Notes: generated from the letters alone by a model not told the origin. 64,000 bases of DNA from Thermoanaerobaculia bacterium (GCA_963809425.1 CAWEJK010000013.1:49359-113358); one strand, 5' to 3'; shown: positions 9,127 to 19,222, counted from the stretch's first letter. Numbers and translations are program-made.

Positions 9127-9326
9127 GACAGCAGGAAGTCGACGGGAAAGTGAAGAAGGCCAAGGGGAAGGTGAAAGAAGCCGTCGGGATCCTCTCGGGC
9201 AACAAGAAGATGGAGCAGGAGGGTTCCCTCCAGCGCGCCGCGGGCACGGTCGAGGAGGGTCTCGGAAAGGCGCGCCGCAAAGTCGGCGAGGCCCTGACGA
9301 GTCTCGGCAACGCCATCAAGAAATAG
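9123..9326 (+). CDS. CsbD-family stress protein
   Basis: 67 aa, MRQQEVDGKVKKAKGKVKEAVGILSGNKKMEQEGSLQRAAGTVEEGLGKARRKVGEAL, a typical CsbD repeat. ATGA overlap with the upstream gene. Confidence 0.85.
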   Translation: MRQQEVDGKVKKAKGKVKEAVGILSGNKKMEQEGSLQRAAGTVEEGLGKARRKVGEALTSLGNAIKK

Positions 9327-9357
9327 CCCGAGCAGGTCCGGAAGTTCTGGACGTCGC

Positions 9358-9387
9358 GCGCCCCTCGACCGGCACTCCGGGGGGCGC
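9358..9387. terminator. GC-rich hairpin between convergent csbD-like and omp85-like genes
   Basis: GCGCCCC (9358-9364) pairs with GGGGCGC (9381-9387). No clear U-tract. Confidence 0.35.
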
Positions 9388-9391
9388 CCGT

Positions 9392-10972
9392 TCAGAACAG
9401 CGAATCTGTCGTGACGAGGTAGATGGGCTTTCCGCCGCGATCGGGAAGCGCAACCTCGAGGCGGAGGATGCGAACGAGAGACGCGCGCGTGAGCTCGACG
9501 AGCATGCCCACGCCGATGTCGCCGCGCCACCCTTCGGTGGACGGCCCGACCCGCGCTCCCCAGGTCTTTCCGACATCGGCGAACCCCGTGAGACCGAGCG
9601 CCGCGATGTGGAGCAGCTCGCCGGTGATGCGATGCCGCCACTCCATGTTGGCCACCACCCGTGAGGTGCCGTCGAAGGTATTGGGGTCGTAGCCGCGCAG
9701 GCCGGCGTCGGCGCCGAGGGTGAGCTGCCTCTCGCGATCGACGGCGTAGCCGAGGTCGGCGGCGACGCGGACCCTCAGGCCCGCCGAACCGGTGATGGCG
9801 CCCCCGGCCTCGAGGTGCGTGATCGCGTTGCCCAGGCCGCGGCTCTCGACTCGTCCCGAGAGGTCGGCGCGCTGCCAGGTGTAGGTCCGCCCCGCGTACT
9901 GGCCCGCTTCGAACGTTCCCCGGTAGCGCAGCCGCACGCTGTCGCCGCCGAAGAACGGCAGCGAGAGTCCGGTCGTGACCTTCCAGTTCGGCCCGAGCGG
10001 CAGGTCCTCCTGCCTGAGCCAGGCGCGGAACCCGCGCACGAGCTTCCAGCGAAACGTCGTGTGCTCCCAGCCCACCTCGCCGCCCACGAGGTTGCGATCC
10101 CGGGGCTGAGGGTAGAGCGAGCCGTCGACGCCATGCCAGTTCCGGAAGAGCGCTCGTTCGCCGAACGCTCCGGCGATGAGACGGTTCGTGCGGATGCCGC
10201 TGCCCGGCAGCCGGAGCCCGCCCCAGACTTCCCAGTCGCGTGTGTTCGCGTCGCCCGTGACACGCCGTTCCCCGTCCGACCAAAGGTACTTCAGGGACTG
10301 ATCCCGCCTCCACTCGACGCCACCGGCTCGCGGCGTCGTCAGGGAGAAAAACGGGTACTCGACCAGAAGGTGGTCCGTCGATCCGTCGGAGGACGACTGG
10401 TGCTCGAGCGCGAGCTGCCAGCGACTGTGGAGGAACGTGAGGTCTTTGTAGCGAAACTTCGTCGAAGTCCGTTCGGGGTCCGACGTGACGTCGAAAAGCA
10501 GGCTCTTCCCCATGCCGAGGACGTTGTCCTCCCAGAGGCCGAAGCCGGCGGTCCTCCGATCCCCGGACATACCGAAGCTGACGGAAATGCCGGTCGTCCA
10601 CTGGTCGTGGGTCTCGACCACCACCTCGGCCCCGCCGGGGACCGGCCGCGCGGAGATGTTCACGGGGTTGAGGAAACCCGTGCCTCGCAAGATGAGCTCG
10701 CTTTCGGCCATTCGCACGGGATCGAGGCGGTCGCCGACCTGGAAGAGCAGCAGGGATCGGATGAAGTCCTCGCGGGTGACGATGTGCAGGGCGTCGACCC
10801 AGCGATAGGGCCACGCCGAGGTGGACGGGTCGTCCAGATCGAAGACGTCGTGCCGGTCGATCCGTACCGCCACGATGGGGGTGCCGGGAGCCACGTTCTC
10901 CTCCGCCGCGCCCGGGCAGGCGAGCGCACAGAGGAAGGCGAGGAGATGCAGCGGTCTGCCCGCGGGCCCCAT
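9392..10972 (-). CDS. Omp85/BamA-family outer-membrane protein (POTRA + surface-antigen barrel)
   Basis: 526-aa ORF with a signal peptide, a POTRA-like N-terminus (IVAVRIDRHDVFD...FQVGDRLDPVRMAESELILRGTGFL) and a beta-barrel ending in F (YLVTTDSLF). Sigma-54-type promoter at 10998-11012. Confidence 0.75.
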   Translation of the reverse strand: MGPAGRPLHLLAFLCALACPGAAEENVAPGTPIVAVRIDRHDVFDLDDPSTSAWPYRWVDALHIVTREDFIRSLLLFQVGDRLDPVRMAESELILRGTGFLNPVNISARPVPGGAEVVVETHDQWTTGISVSFGMSGDRRTAGFGLWEDNVLGMGKSLLFDVTSDPERTSTKFRYKDLTFLHSRWQLALEHQSSSDGSTDHLLVEYPFFSLTTPRAGGVEWRRDQSLKYLWSDGERRVTGDANTRDWEVWGGLRLPGSGIRTNRLIAGAFGERALFRNWHGVDGSLYPQPRDRNLVGGEVGWEHTTFRWKLVRGFRAWLRQEDLPLGPNWKVTTGLSLPFFGGDSVRLRYRGTFEAGQYAGRTYTWQRADLSGRVESRGLGNAITHLEAGGAITGSAGLRVRVAADLGYAVDRERQLTLGADAGLRGYDPNTFDGTSRVVANMEWRHRITGELLHIAALGLTGFADVGKTWGARVGPSTEGWRGDIGVGMLVELTRASLVRILRLEVALPDRGGKPIYLVTTDSLF

Positions 10973-10997
10973 GCTGACTCCTTCTCGGTCGAGAGAC

Positions 10998-11012
10998 GCA
11001 AAGGCGAAGCCA
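10998..11012 (-). promoter_or_regulatory. sigma-54-type promoter (TGGCTT-cgcct-TTGC)
   Basis: Read on the minus strand. The -12 GC is 26 nt from ATG 10972, with GAAGGAG in between. Confidence 0.6.
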
Positions 11013-11015
11013 GCT

Positions 11016-11030
11016 TGGAAAGTTATTCCA
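11016..11030. promoter_or_regulatory. inverted repeat TGGAA-agtta-TTCCA between two divergent sigma-54 promoters
   Basis: Located between the 10998-11012 (-) and 11094-11108 (+) elements. Confidence 0.3.
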
Positions 11031-11093
11031 TGCCGCGGGCGCCTGCACTCTCCCCCGCTCGGTCAGGCGAGCCCTGAAACAGCCCGCGCACTC

Positions 11094-11108
11094 TGGCAGG
11101 GGAATTGC
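11094..11108 (+). promoter_or_regulatory. sigma-54-type promoter (TGGCAG-gggaa-TTGC)
   Basis: The -12 GC is 30 nt from GTG 11138, with AGGAG in between. Confidence 0.7.
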
Positions 11109-11137
11109 GCTGGGATATCAAGCAGGAGACTCAGAAC

Positions 11138-11683
11138 GTGAAAAAGAACTTTGTTCCAATCCTCGCAGCGGCCCTCTCCCTCACGTGGCTTCTCACCGCG
11201 TCGCCGGCGAGTGCGGCGGGCGAGCGCGAGACGGAGGTCTCCGAGGCGCTCAATGCCACCTCCGTCAGGGCCAAGCTGATCGAAAAGCTCGGCGTCGACG
11301 CCCTTCGCATCAAGGTCTCCGTCTCCGGAGAGACGGCAACCCTGACAGGCGAGGTCGCGAAGTCACCCAGCCAGGGGCTCGCCGAGCAGGTCGCCCTGTC
11401 GGTCGAGGGGATCAAGAAGGTCGACAACAAGGTGACGGTCAAGGACGCCTCTGGTCCGGTGGCCGCCAGCGAAGCCTCGGTGAAGAACGTGGCCCTCGAA
11501 CTGAAGGTCAAGAGCATCCTTCTGGCCGAGATCGGAAAGAACGCGCTCAAGATCGAGGTCGAGGTCGTCGACGGAGTCGTCAGCCTCCGCGGCAAGCTCG
11601 ACAACCCCGATGTCTCCAGGGCCGCAATCGAGAAGACCCGTTCGATCCACGGCGTCAAGAAGGTCATCAACCTTCTCGGCTGA
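11138..11683 (+). CDS. BON-domain protein (OsmY-like, two BON domains)
   Basis: Signal peptide plus two BON repeats (LGVDALRIKVSVSGETATLTGEV...; GKNALKIEVEVVDGVVSLRGKL...). GTG 11138 follows AGGAG at 11124-11128. The ORF is open from 11105. Confidence 0.85.
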   Translation: MKKNFVPILAAALSLTWLLTASPASAAGERETEVSEALNATSVRAKLIEKLGVDALRIKVSVSGETATLTGEVAKSPSQGLAEQVALSVEGIKKVDNKVTVKDASGPVAASEASVKNVALELKVKSILLAEIGKNALKIEVEVVDGVVSLRGKLDNPDVSRAAIEKTRSIHGVKKVINLLG

Positions 11684-11715
11684 GCTCCGCGACTCCGCTC
11701 CCGACTCATCGGTCG

Positions 11716-11735
11716 CCGGACCGTCTCCGGTTTTT
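11716..11735 (+). terminator. candidate intrinsic terminator after the BON gene
   Basis: CCGGA-ccgtc-TCCGG followed by TTTTT. The stem is short. Confidence 0.4.
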
Positions 11736-11770
11736 CCAACGTCCAACAAGAGAAAGAAAGAGGTTTTGAG

Positions 11771-12445
11771 ATGAAAAAGCTGATGACCTGTTTGGCCCTC
11801 GGCGCGTTCGCGACGCTCGTCGGAGTCGCATCCGCGCCCGTCGCATCCGCGCAGACCGAAAAGGAAAACTCGACATTCACCGTGGCGGAGCCGCTCGACG
11901 TCGGGAGCTTCACTCTGCAGCCCGGAACGTACCTCATCAAGGTCGTGGCGCTCACCTCCGACCGCAACGTGATTCAGGTGACGAACCCGGAACAGACGAA
12001 GGTCTTCGCGAACGTCCTCGCGACGCCGCACCCGGTCCGGCCGGGAGAGGAGATCCCCGCGAGCCGCTACACCTACTACGCGACCGAACCGGGCCAGCAC
12101 AGGGCGCTTCGGACGTGGTTCGCGCGCGACACGGCGAACGGCCAGGACATCGTCTATCACAAACAGCGCGCCATGCAGCTCGCCGCGGTCGCCAAGGAGC
12201 CCGTGATCGCGATTCCTGACGCCGTGACGGAGCCGGAATACAAGACCGCGACCCTCACGGTCGTGACGCCGGATCAGAGCATGAAGCCGTACGAAGAGCC
12301 GGCGCCTGCCGCTGTCGTGGCGGAGGCCCGTCCCGCCAAGGAGCTGCCGGCGACCGCGAGCCACGTTCCGCTCTTCGCGGCGCTCGGGCTCCTGTCTCTG
12401 GGCGGCGCTTTCGGACTTCGCGCTCTCACGAACCGGGCGGCGTGA
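11771..12445 (+). CDS. secreted protein with C-terminal sortase sorting signal (LPATAS + TM + basic tail)
   Basis: 224-aa ORF with a signal peptide. It ends KELPATASHVPLFAALGLLSLGGAFGLRALTNRAA. GTGA overlap with the sortase gene. Confidence 0.75.
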   Translation: MKKLMTCLALGAFATLVGVASAPVASAQTEKENSTFTVAEPLDVGSFTLQPGTYLIKVVALTSDRNVIQVTNPEQTKVFANVLATPHPVRPGEEIPASRYTYYATEPGQHRALRTWFARDTANGQDIVYHKQRAMQLAAVAKEPVIAIPDAVTEPEYKTATLTVVTPDQSMKPYEEPAPAAVVAEARPAKELPATASHVPLFAALGLLSLGGAFGLRALTNRAA

Positions 12446-13071
12446 CAGGGTCGCACCTCGTGCGCTGGTTCCGCCGGGCCGAGATCGCCCTCTGCGTGAT
12501 CGGGGTCTCGCTCCTCGGCGGAGCCCTTGGTTCGGTCGTCGGCACTTTGGACTACCAGGCGCGCCAGGGGCGCGCCTTTTCCGACATGGAGCGGGGTGCG
12601 GCCGCGTCGACGCCCGGTCCCGAATCTCCGTCGGCGTCGGCGTCCTCCGTACCGAACACGCGTTCTCTCGACGCCGATCCGCTCGTCCTCGGCCGGATCG
12701 AGATCCCGCGGATCGGCGTCTCCGCGATCGTGCGGGAGGGCGACGACGACACGACGCTCTCCATCGCGGTGGGACACATTCCCGGGACGGCGCGGCCCGG
12801 CGAGCTCGGCAACATGGCGCTCGCGGGGCATCGCGATTCTTTCTTCCGCGCGCTGCGGCACATCCAGGTCCGCGACACGATTCGCATCCGCACGGCCGGC
12901 CGCCGCTACGAGTATCGCGTGGACTCGACCGAGGTGGTCGCGCCGGGGGCGATGCGCGTTCTCGATCCGACGAGCGGCGCCTCCCTCACGCTCGTGACGT
13001 GCTATCCGTTCGGTTACCTGGGGCGCGCGCCGGACCGGTTCATCGTGCGCGCCTCGCAGCTCGTGCCCTGA
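12442..13071 (+). CDS. sortase-family transpeptidase
   Basis: 209-aa ORF with an N-terminal TM anchor, catalytic His region LAGHRDSFF, TLxTC motif (SLTLVTCYPF) and a downstream conserved Arg (PDRFIVRA). Confidence 0.85.
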   Translation: MTGSHLVRWFRRAEIALCVIGVSLLGGALGSVVGTLDYQARQGRAFSDMERGAAASTPGPESPSASASSVPNTRSLDADPLVLGRIEIPRIGVSAIVREGDDDTTLSIAVGHIPGTARPGELGNMALAGHRDSFFRALRHIQVRDTIRIRTAGRRYEYRVDSTEVVAPGAMRVLDPTSGASLTLVTCYPFGYLGRAPDRFIVRASQLVP

Positions 13072-13103
13072 CCTCCGATTCTCCCCGGCTTCGCCCCACT
13101 CTC

Positions 13104-13118
13104 TGGCCTGGAAATTGC
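13104..13118 (+). promoter_or_regulatory. sigma-54-type promoter (TGGCCT-ggaaa-TTGC)
   Basis: The -12 GC is 29 nt from ATG 13147. Confidence 0.65.
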
Positions 13119-13146
13119 GTTTCGAACGCAGGTACCTGAAGAGGAA

Positions 13147-14043
13147 ATGATCAATTACCCACGGTCGAGGCGAGCCCATCTCCGCGTGACGCTCCTGGCC
13201 GGCGCGGTCCTGGCGGCATCGCGCGGGAGCGCGCAGGAGACCGGGCCGCCGATCAGCGCGTCGAGCGCGGACGTACCCGCTCCCCACGAAGTGGCCCGGC
13301 CGTCCAGCCCGCCGTCGTTCCCGAAGATGGTGCTCCTCGACACGGGGCACGTCCTCGGGTCGCCGTTCCGCTGGGGAGGCCGCGAGTGGGCTCTGCTGGC
13401 GGCGTCCACGGCGGCGGTCGCGGCGCTGACGCTGGCGGACAGCGCCGTGAGCGACGCGGCGCGCGAACGCGGGTCCACGCTCGGTTTCTTCGGGGACACG
13501 CTCGAGGGGCTCGGCGACGCCCGCTCGTTCGTGCTCCTCGGAGGGTTCTACCTGGCCGGCGCGATCGGACACGACACGAAGGCGAAGAACGTCTTCTTCG
13601 ACGGACTGTCGGCCAGCCTGATCGCGAGCGGGATGCTCACGCCGGTCCTTTCCACGCTCGTCGGGCGCGAGCGGCCGACGGCGGGACAGGGCGAATATGC
13701 GTTCCATCCGTTCGGAGGACGCTCGTTTCCCTCGGGTCACGCGACCCAGGCGTTTGCCGTCGCATCGGTGATCGCGACGTCCTACGACCAGCTCTGGGTG
13801 AAGGTCACGGCGTACGGAGCGGCCGCGGTGACGGCTTACGTTCGCGTCCAGCGGGGCAAGCACTTCGCGTCGGACGTCGTCGCGAGCGCGGCGATCGGCA
13901 CGCTGGTCGGCCGCTCCGTCGTCCACTTCAACCGAAAGCTTCGCTCGGGACAGAAGGAGCCGGAGAGCGCGGGCGCTCGCCTCACGATCCTTCCCGTTCT
14001 GGGCGGCGGCACGTTCGGTTTTTCCGCGAGTCTCGACTTCTGA
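13147..14043 (+). CDS. PAP2-family (acid/lipid) phosphatase
   Basis: 298-aa ORF carrying the PAP2 motifs GRERP, PSGHA and RVQRGKHFASDV. Sigma-54-type promoter at 13104-13118. Confidence 0.85.
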   Translation: MINYPRSRRAHLRVTLLAGAVLAASRGSAQETGPPISASSADVPAPHEVARPSSPPSFPKMVLLDTGHVLGSPFRWGGREWALLAASTAAVAALTLADSAVSDAARERGSTLGFFGDTLEGLGDARSFVLLGGFYLAGAIGHDTKAKNVFFDGLSASLIASGMLTPVLSTLVGRERPTAGQGEYAFHPFGGRSFPSGHATQAFAVASVIATSYDQLWVKVTAYGAAAVTAYVRVQRGKHFASDVVASAAIGTLVGRSVVHFNRKLRSGQKEPESAGARLTILPVLGGGTFGFSASLDF

Positions 14044-14068
14044 AGGCTGGCCTTCTCGAGGAAGCAAA

Positions 14069-16085
14069 ATGAGTTTCAAGACTCGACAGCGGTATCACGC
14101 ATCCGGATTCGCGTGGCGCGTCGCGATGACCCTCCTCTCGGGAGCGGCCGCCCTTCAGGCGCGTCCGGCCGTGGGGCAGGACACCGGCCGGTGGGAGGTC
14201 GGTGCCTTCGCGGGCGGTTACTTCGGGAGCCGGACCTTCCGGAACCCGAGCACCGACATCGAGATCGGCACATCGGCCGCGTTCGGCCTGCGTGGAGCCT
14301 TCAGCGTCGATCGCACGTTCAGTCTCGAAGTGACCCTGTCGAGGGCCAGCGCCCGCCTCGACGCGGTCGACCCGTCGACGGGCGCCTCCCTCGCGCCGTC
14401 GGCGCCGATCGACGTGAACACCTACGAGCTCAACGGCCTTTACGGATTCGGCACGGGCCGGATGCGCGGCTACATGGGGCTCGGGGTGGGCGCCATGACG
14501 CTTCACCCGTTCGTCCCGGGCGTCGCGACGAAACCGGACACGCGGTTCGTCGCGAACGTCGCGCTCGGCGCCAAGCTCTACCTGAGCGACCGCCTCGCGC
14601 TCCGGGTCGACGGCCGCTATCGCTGGAGAAGCGCCAGCCCGGGGACCAGCACGGTCGTCTGCGGAAGCATCGGCTGCTACGGCTTCACGACGGACCTCTA
14701 CTCGAGCAGCGAAGTCACTGGCGGGCTCGCGTACCGGTTCGGAGGAGCGCGAATCTGGGATCTCCCGGCCGCTCCGGCGACACCGGGCTCCACCGCCGTC
14801 CTCGCGGCGCCGTCGAGGCGCCCGGCGCCGCCGGAGCGTTTCTTCACGGCCGCGGGCGAGGTCGCCCTGGTGGAATTCCTGCCCTGGGCCTATGACCGGT
14901 ACGTCGCGAAGGACGACTTCGCGTTCATCTCCATCGCGAGCGTGAAGGAGAACTTCAAGGACGGCTTCGGCTACGACCGCGACGACTTCAACACGAACCA
15001 GGCGGCGCACCCGTTCCACGGCAGCCTCTACTTCAACGCCGCGAGGTCGAACGGCTACGGCTACTGGGAATCGGGCGCGTTCACGCTGGCGGGCAGCTTT
15101 CTGTGGGAATGCTGCATGGAAAACACCCAGCCTTCGATCAACGACATCGTAAACACCACGTTCGGAGGCATGTCCCGCGGGCGAGATGGCTCACCGCCTC
15201 GGCGTGATGCTCCGCGACAACCAGGCGACTGGCTTCACGCGCTTCTGGCGCGAGCTTGCCGGCGTGGTCGTGGATCCGATGGGGGGGTTCAACCGGCTCG
15301 TGCACGGAGAGATGACGCGGCAGTTCCCGAACCCCGACGAGCGCTTCCCGAGCCGCTTCAGCGTGGTCGGCGATCTCGGCTACCGGCACATCGGCGGCGG
15401 AGTCGCCGATCCGAACCAGGCCGTCATCTCCGTTTCCGCGGTCTACGGCGACGCGTTCGCCGGTGAGATACGCAAACCGTTCGACACGTTCTGGCTCGAG
15501 GCCGACATCAACACGTCGGGAGGCGTGTCGCGGGTCGAGGGACGGGGAGTCCTGAAGGGGTGGGAGCTGGGCGACCCGGCTGCGCGGGCGCGGCACATCC
15601 TCGGCGTCTTTCAGGAGTACGAGTACTTCAACAACGAGTCCCAGGTCTTCGCCGCGCAGATCTTCAGCGTCGGGCTGCTGTCGCGGTACAACCTTCGGCC
15701 GGACCTCAAGGCCAGCACGGACGTCACCGCGATCGCGTTTCCGCTCGCCGGCATCCGGACGACGGACTTCCTGAACCCGGAGACGGGCCGGACCTACGAC
15801 TACGCGCCCGGCGGCGGGTTCCGCGTTGCCGCCCGTCTCTATCGGAGAGAGTGGGAGATCGTCAGGCTCGGCTACGGCGTCGCATACGCTCGCACCGCGA
15901 ACGGGAGCTCCTCCAGCAGCACGCTGCAGTTCTTCCGCGCCTCGGGGCGGGTCCCGCTCACCCGGTCACTGGGCGCTGGAGCCGGCTACTCGTGGTACAG
16001 CCGCAGGACGACTTACTCCGGCGGCTTCCAGGAAGCTCCCAAGACGCAGTCCGAGTGGCGCGTCTTCGCGAGCTGGAGCCTTTAG
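14069..16085 (+). pseudogene. outer-membrane beta-barrel domain + DUF3943-like protein, one frameshift
   Basis: 14069-~15180 continues in a second frame (15186-16085): ...INDIVNTTFGGMSRG / EMAHRLGVMLRDNQATGF... The shift lies in the GGG run at 15179-15181, so it may be an assembly artefact. Confidence 0.7.
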
Positions 16086-16191
16086 AAAGCCTCTCGTGAG
16101 CCATCTGCCTCGAATCGGCATGTTTTTCTGAGGAAACCGGCAAACGCTTCCGAAGGCGCCCGATCCGCCTCGATCAGGTGCACGCGATGTT

Positions 16192-16207
16192 TGGCACCCT
16201 TGTTGCA
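16192..16207 (+). promoter_or_regulatory. sigma-54 promoter, perfect consensus (TGGCAC-ccttg-TTGCA)
   Basis: Exact match to TGGCAC-N5-TTGCA. The -12 GC (16205-16206) is 67 nt upstream of ATG 16273. Confidence 0.75.
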
Positions 16208-16272
16208 CCGTCGACCAAAGAACCGGTTGAAGTGGCGGCAGTCCGGACCCGTTCCCCTCCCACTTCAGCGCG

Positions 16273-19221
16273 ATGAACGGAGGCCACATCTCCTCGAGTC
16301 AAAAGGTCGCCGTGGAAGCGTCCGGCGGCAACCAGGCCATCCGGCACGCGGAAGCTCTGCTCAGGACCGGGGCCCTGCAGAGCGCGATCTTCAACAGCGC
16401 GAACTTCTCGAGCATCGCGACCGACGCGAAGGGCGTCATCCAGATCTTCAACGTCGGCGCCGAGCGGATGCTGGGCTACGCGGCCGCCGACGTCGTGAAC
16501 AAGATCACGCCGGCCGACATCTCGGATCCGCAGGAAGTGATCGCGCGCGCCAAGGCGCTGAGCGTCGAGCTCGGCACGCCGATCACGCCGGGCTTCGAGG
16601 CCCTGGTCTTCAAGGCGTCGCGCGGCATCGAGGACATCTACGAGCTGACCTACATCCGCAAGGACGGGAGCCGGTTCCCCGCGGTCGTGTCCGTCACGGC
16701 GCTGCGCGACGCGCAGGACGCCATCATCGGCTACCTGCTGATCGGCACCGACAACACCGCGCGCAAGCAGGCGGAAGAGGCGCTGCTCAAGGCGGGCGCC
16801 CTGCAGAGCGCGATCTTCAACAGCGCCAACTTCTCGAGCATCGCGACCGACGCGAAGGGCGTCATCCAGATCTTCAACGTCGGCGCCGAGCGGATGCTGG
16901 GCTACGCGGCCGCCGAGGTGATGAACAAGATCACGCCGGCCGACATCTCCGATCCGCAGGAAGTGATCGCGCGCGCCAAGGCGCTGAGCGTCGAGCTCGG
17001 CACGCCGATCGCGCCGGGGTTCGAGGCCCTGGTCTTCAAGGCCTCGCGCGGGATCGAGGACATCTACGAGCTGACCTACATCCGCAAGGACGGGAGCCGC
17101 TTCCCGGCGGTGGTGTCGGTCACGGCGCTGCGCGACGCGCAGGACGCCATCATCGGCTACCTGCTGATCGGCACCGACAACACCGCGCGCAAGCAGGTCG
17201 AAGAGGAGCGGAAGAAGCTCGATCAGCGGCTGCGCGACCAGCACTTCTACACGCGCTCGCTCATCGAATCCAACATCGACGCGCTGATGACCACCGATCC
17301 GCGCGGCATCATCACCGACGTCAACAAGCAGACGGAGGCGCTGACCGGGATGCACGCGCGACGAGCTGATCGGCGCGCCGTTCAAGAACTACTTCACCGA
17401 TCCGGACCGGGCCGAGGCGGGCATCAACCGCGTGCTGAGCGAAGGCAAGGTCACCAACTACGAGCTCACCGCGCGCGCCCGGGACGGCACGCTCACCGTG
17501 GTGTCGTACAACGCGACCACCTTCCACGACCGCGACCGGAGCCTGCAGGGCGTGTTCGCCGCGGCGCGCGACGTGACGGAGCTGAAGCGCTTCGAGCAGA
17601 CGCTGCAGCAGAAGAACGTCGAGCTGGAAGACGCGAGCCGCATGAAGTCCGAGTTCCTCGCCAACATGTCGCACGAGCTGCGGACGCCGCTGAACGCCAT
17701 CATCGGCTTCTCCGAGGTGCTCAGGGACGGCCTGATGGGCGAGCTGACCGATCAGCAGCGCGGGTTCATCGGCGACATCTTCAGCAGCGGCAAGCATCTG
17801 CTCTCGCTGATCAACGACATCCTCGACCTGTCCAAGGTGGAAGCCGGCAAGATGACGCTCGACCTCGAGCCGGTGCAGGTGTCCTCGCTGTTCGCGAACA
17901 GCCTGTCCATCATCAGGGAGAAGGCCGCGGCCCGCCAGCATCCGCCTCGCGGTGGATGCCGCCGAGGAGCTGGGCTCGATTCAGGCGGACGCGCGCAAGG
18001 TCAAGCAGATCGTCTACAACCTGCTCTCCAACGCGGTCAAGTTCACCGGCGAGGGCGGCCACGTGACCCTGCGCGCCGGCCGCGTCCCGCGCGCGCGAGG
18101 TCGGCCAGCTGTCCGGCTCCTGGCCGGGCCGGAGCTTCCCGCTGGCCGAGAACGAGTTCGCGGAGTTTCTCGAGATCAGCGTCACCGACAACGGCATCGG
18201 CATCTCGCCCGAGGAGCTGGAGCGCCTGTTCAAGCCTTTCAGTCAGATCGACAGCGGCCTGGCGCGAAAGTTCGAGGGCACGGGACTCGGCCTGGCCATG
18301 GTCAAGCTCCTCGCCGAGCTGCACGGCGGCACGGTGGCGGTGGAGAGCGCCGTGGGCGAGGGCTCCTGCTTCACGGTCTGGCTGCCGCTCCGGGCGACCG
18401 GGGACGGACGCTCACGCTCGGCCAAGGCGCCGGCCGCTCCACGGATCGAGGCGCCGGCGGGAGCGCGCACCGCGCTGGTGGTGGAAGACGACTTCAAGTC
18501 CGCCGAGCTGATCCGCGTGCAGCTCGAGGCGGAGGGCTTCCAGGTGCTGCACGCCGCCTCCGCCGAGGCCGCGCTGGTCCTCGCGGTGCAGCAGCCGGTC
18601 GTCGCTGATCACCCTCGACATCCTGCTGCCCGACATGGACGGCTGGGAATTCCTCGAGCCGCATCAAGCAGGTGCCGGCGCTCAGGCGCATCCCGGTCGT
18701 GATCATCTCGATCGTGGCCGATCGCAACAAGGGCTTCGCGCTCGGCGCCGCGGCGGTCATGCAGAAGCCGATCTCCCGGCAGGAGCTGTACGAGTCGCTC
18801 GTCGATCTCGGCCTGCTTCCCGTCTCGCCAGGGCCGGCCGCTCAAGGTCCTCGTGGTCGACGACGATCCCAAGGCGGTCGAGCTGATCGCCGTCCGCATC
18901 ACGGGCCTCGCCAGCACCGTGCTGCGCGCCTACGGCGGCCGCGAGGCGATCGAAGCCGCGCGGCGGGAGCTGCCGGACCTGATCGTGCTCGATCTGATGA
19001 TGCCGGACGTGAACGGCTTCGACGTGGTGGAGGCGCTCAACGGACGCCCCGACACGGCGCGGATTCCGATCCTGGTGGTCACCGCCAAGCAGATCACCGC
19101 CGAGGACCGCGCCAGGCTGAACGGCTACGTGACGGCGATCATGGAAAAGGCCGACTTCGACCGCGACCGCTTCACGGCCGAGGTCCGGCGGGCCATGTCG
19201 GGGCGCCAGCTGGCCGCCTGA
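16273..19221 (+). pseudogene. PAS-PAS-PAS-HisKA-HATPase-REC-REC hybrid histidine kinase with ~6 frameshifts
   Basis: Contiguous domains are spread over alternating frames. PAS x2: 16369-17220. Third PAS after the shift near 17350. HisKA ([21 protein letters not shown]). Further shifts near 17935, 18090, 18600, 18660 and 18830. HATPase ([26 protein letters not shown]...[18 protein letters not shown]). Two REC domains. Stop at 19219-19221. Confidence 0.8.
16369..17220 (+). repeat. tandem duplication, 2 x 426 bp (one complete PAS domain each), near-identical
   Basis: 16369-16794 and 16795-17220 encode 142-aa units (GALQSAIFNSANFSSIATDAKGVIQIFNVGAERMLGY...LLIGTDNTARKQ). They differ at only a few nucleotides. 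Confidence 0.9.
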
Positions 19222-19222
19222 G

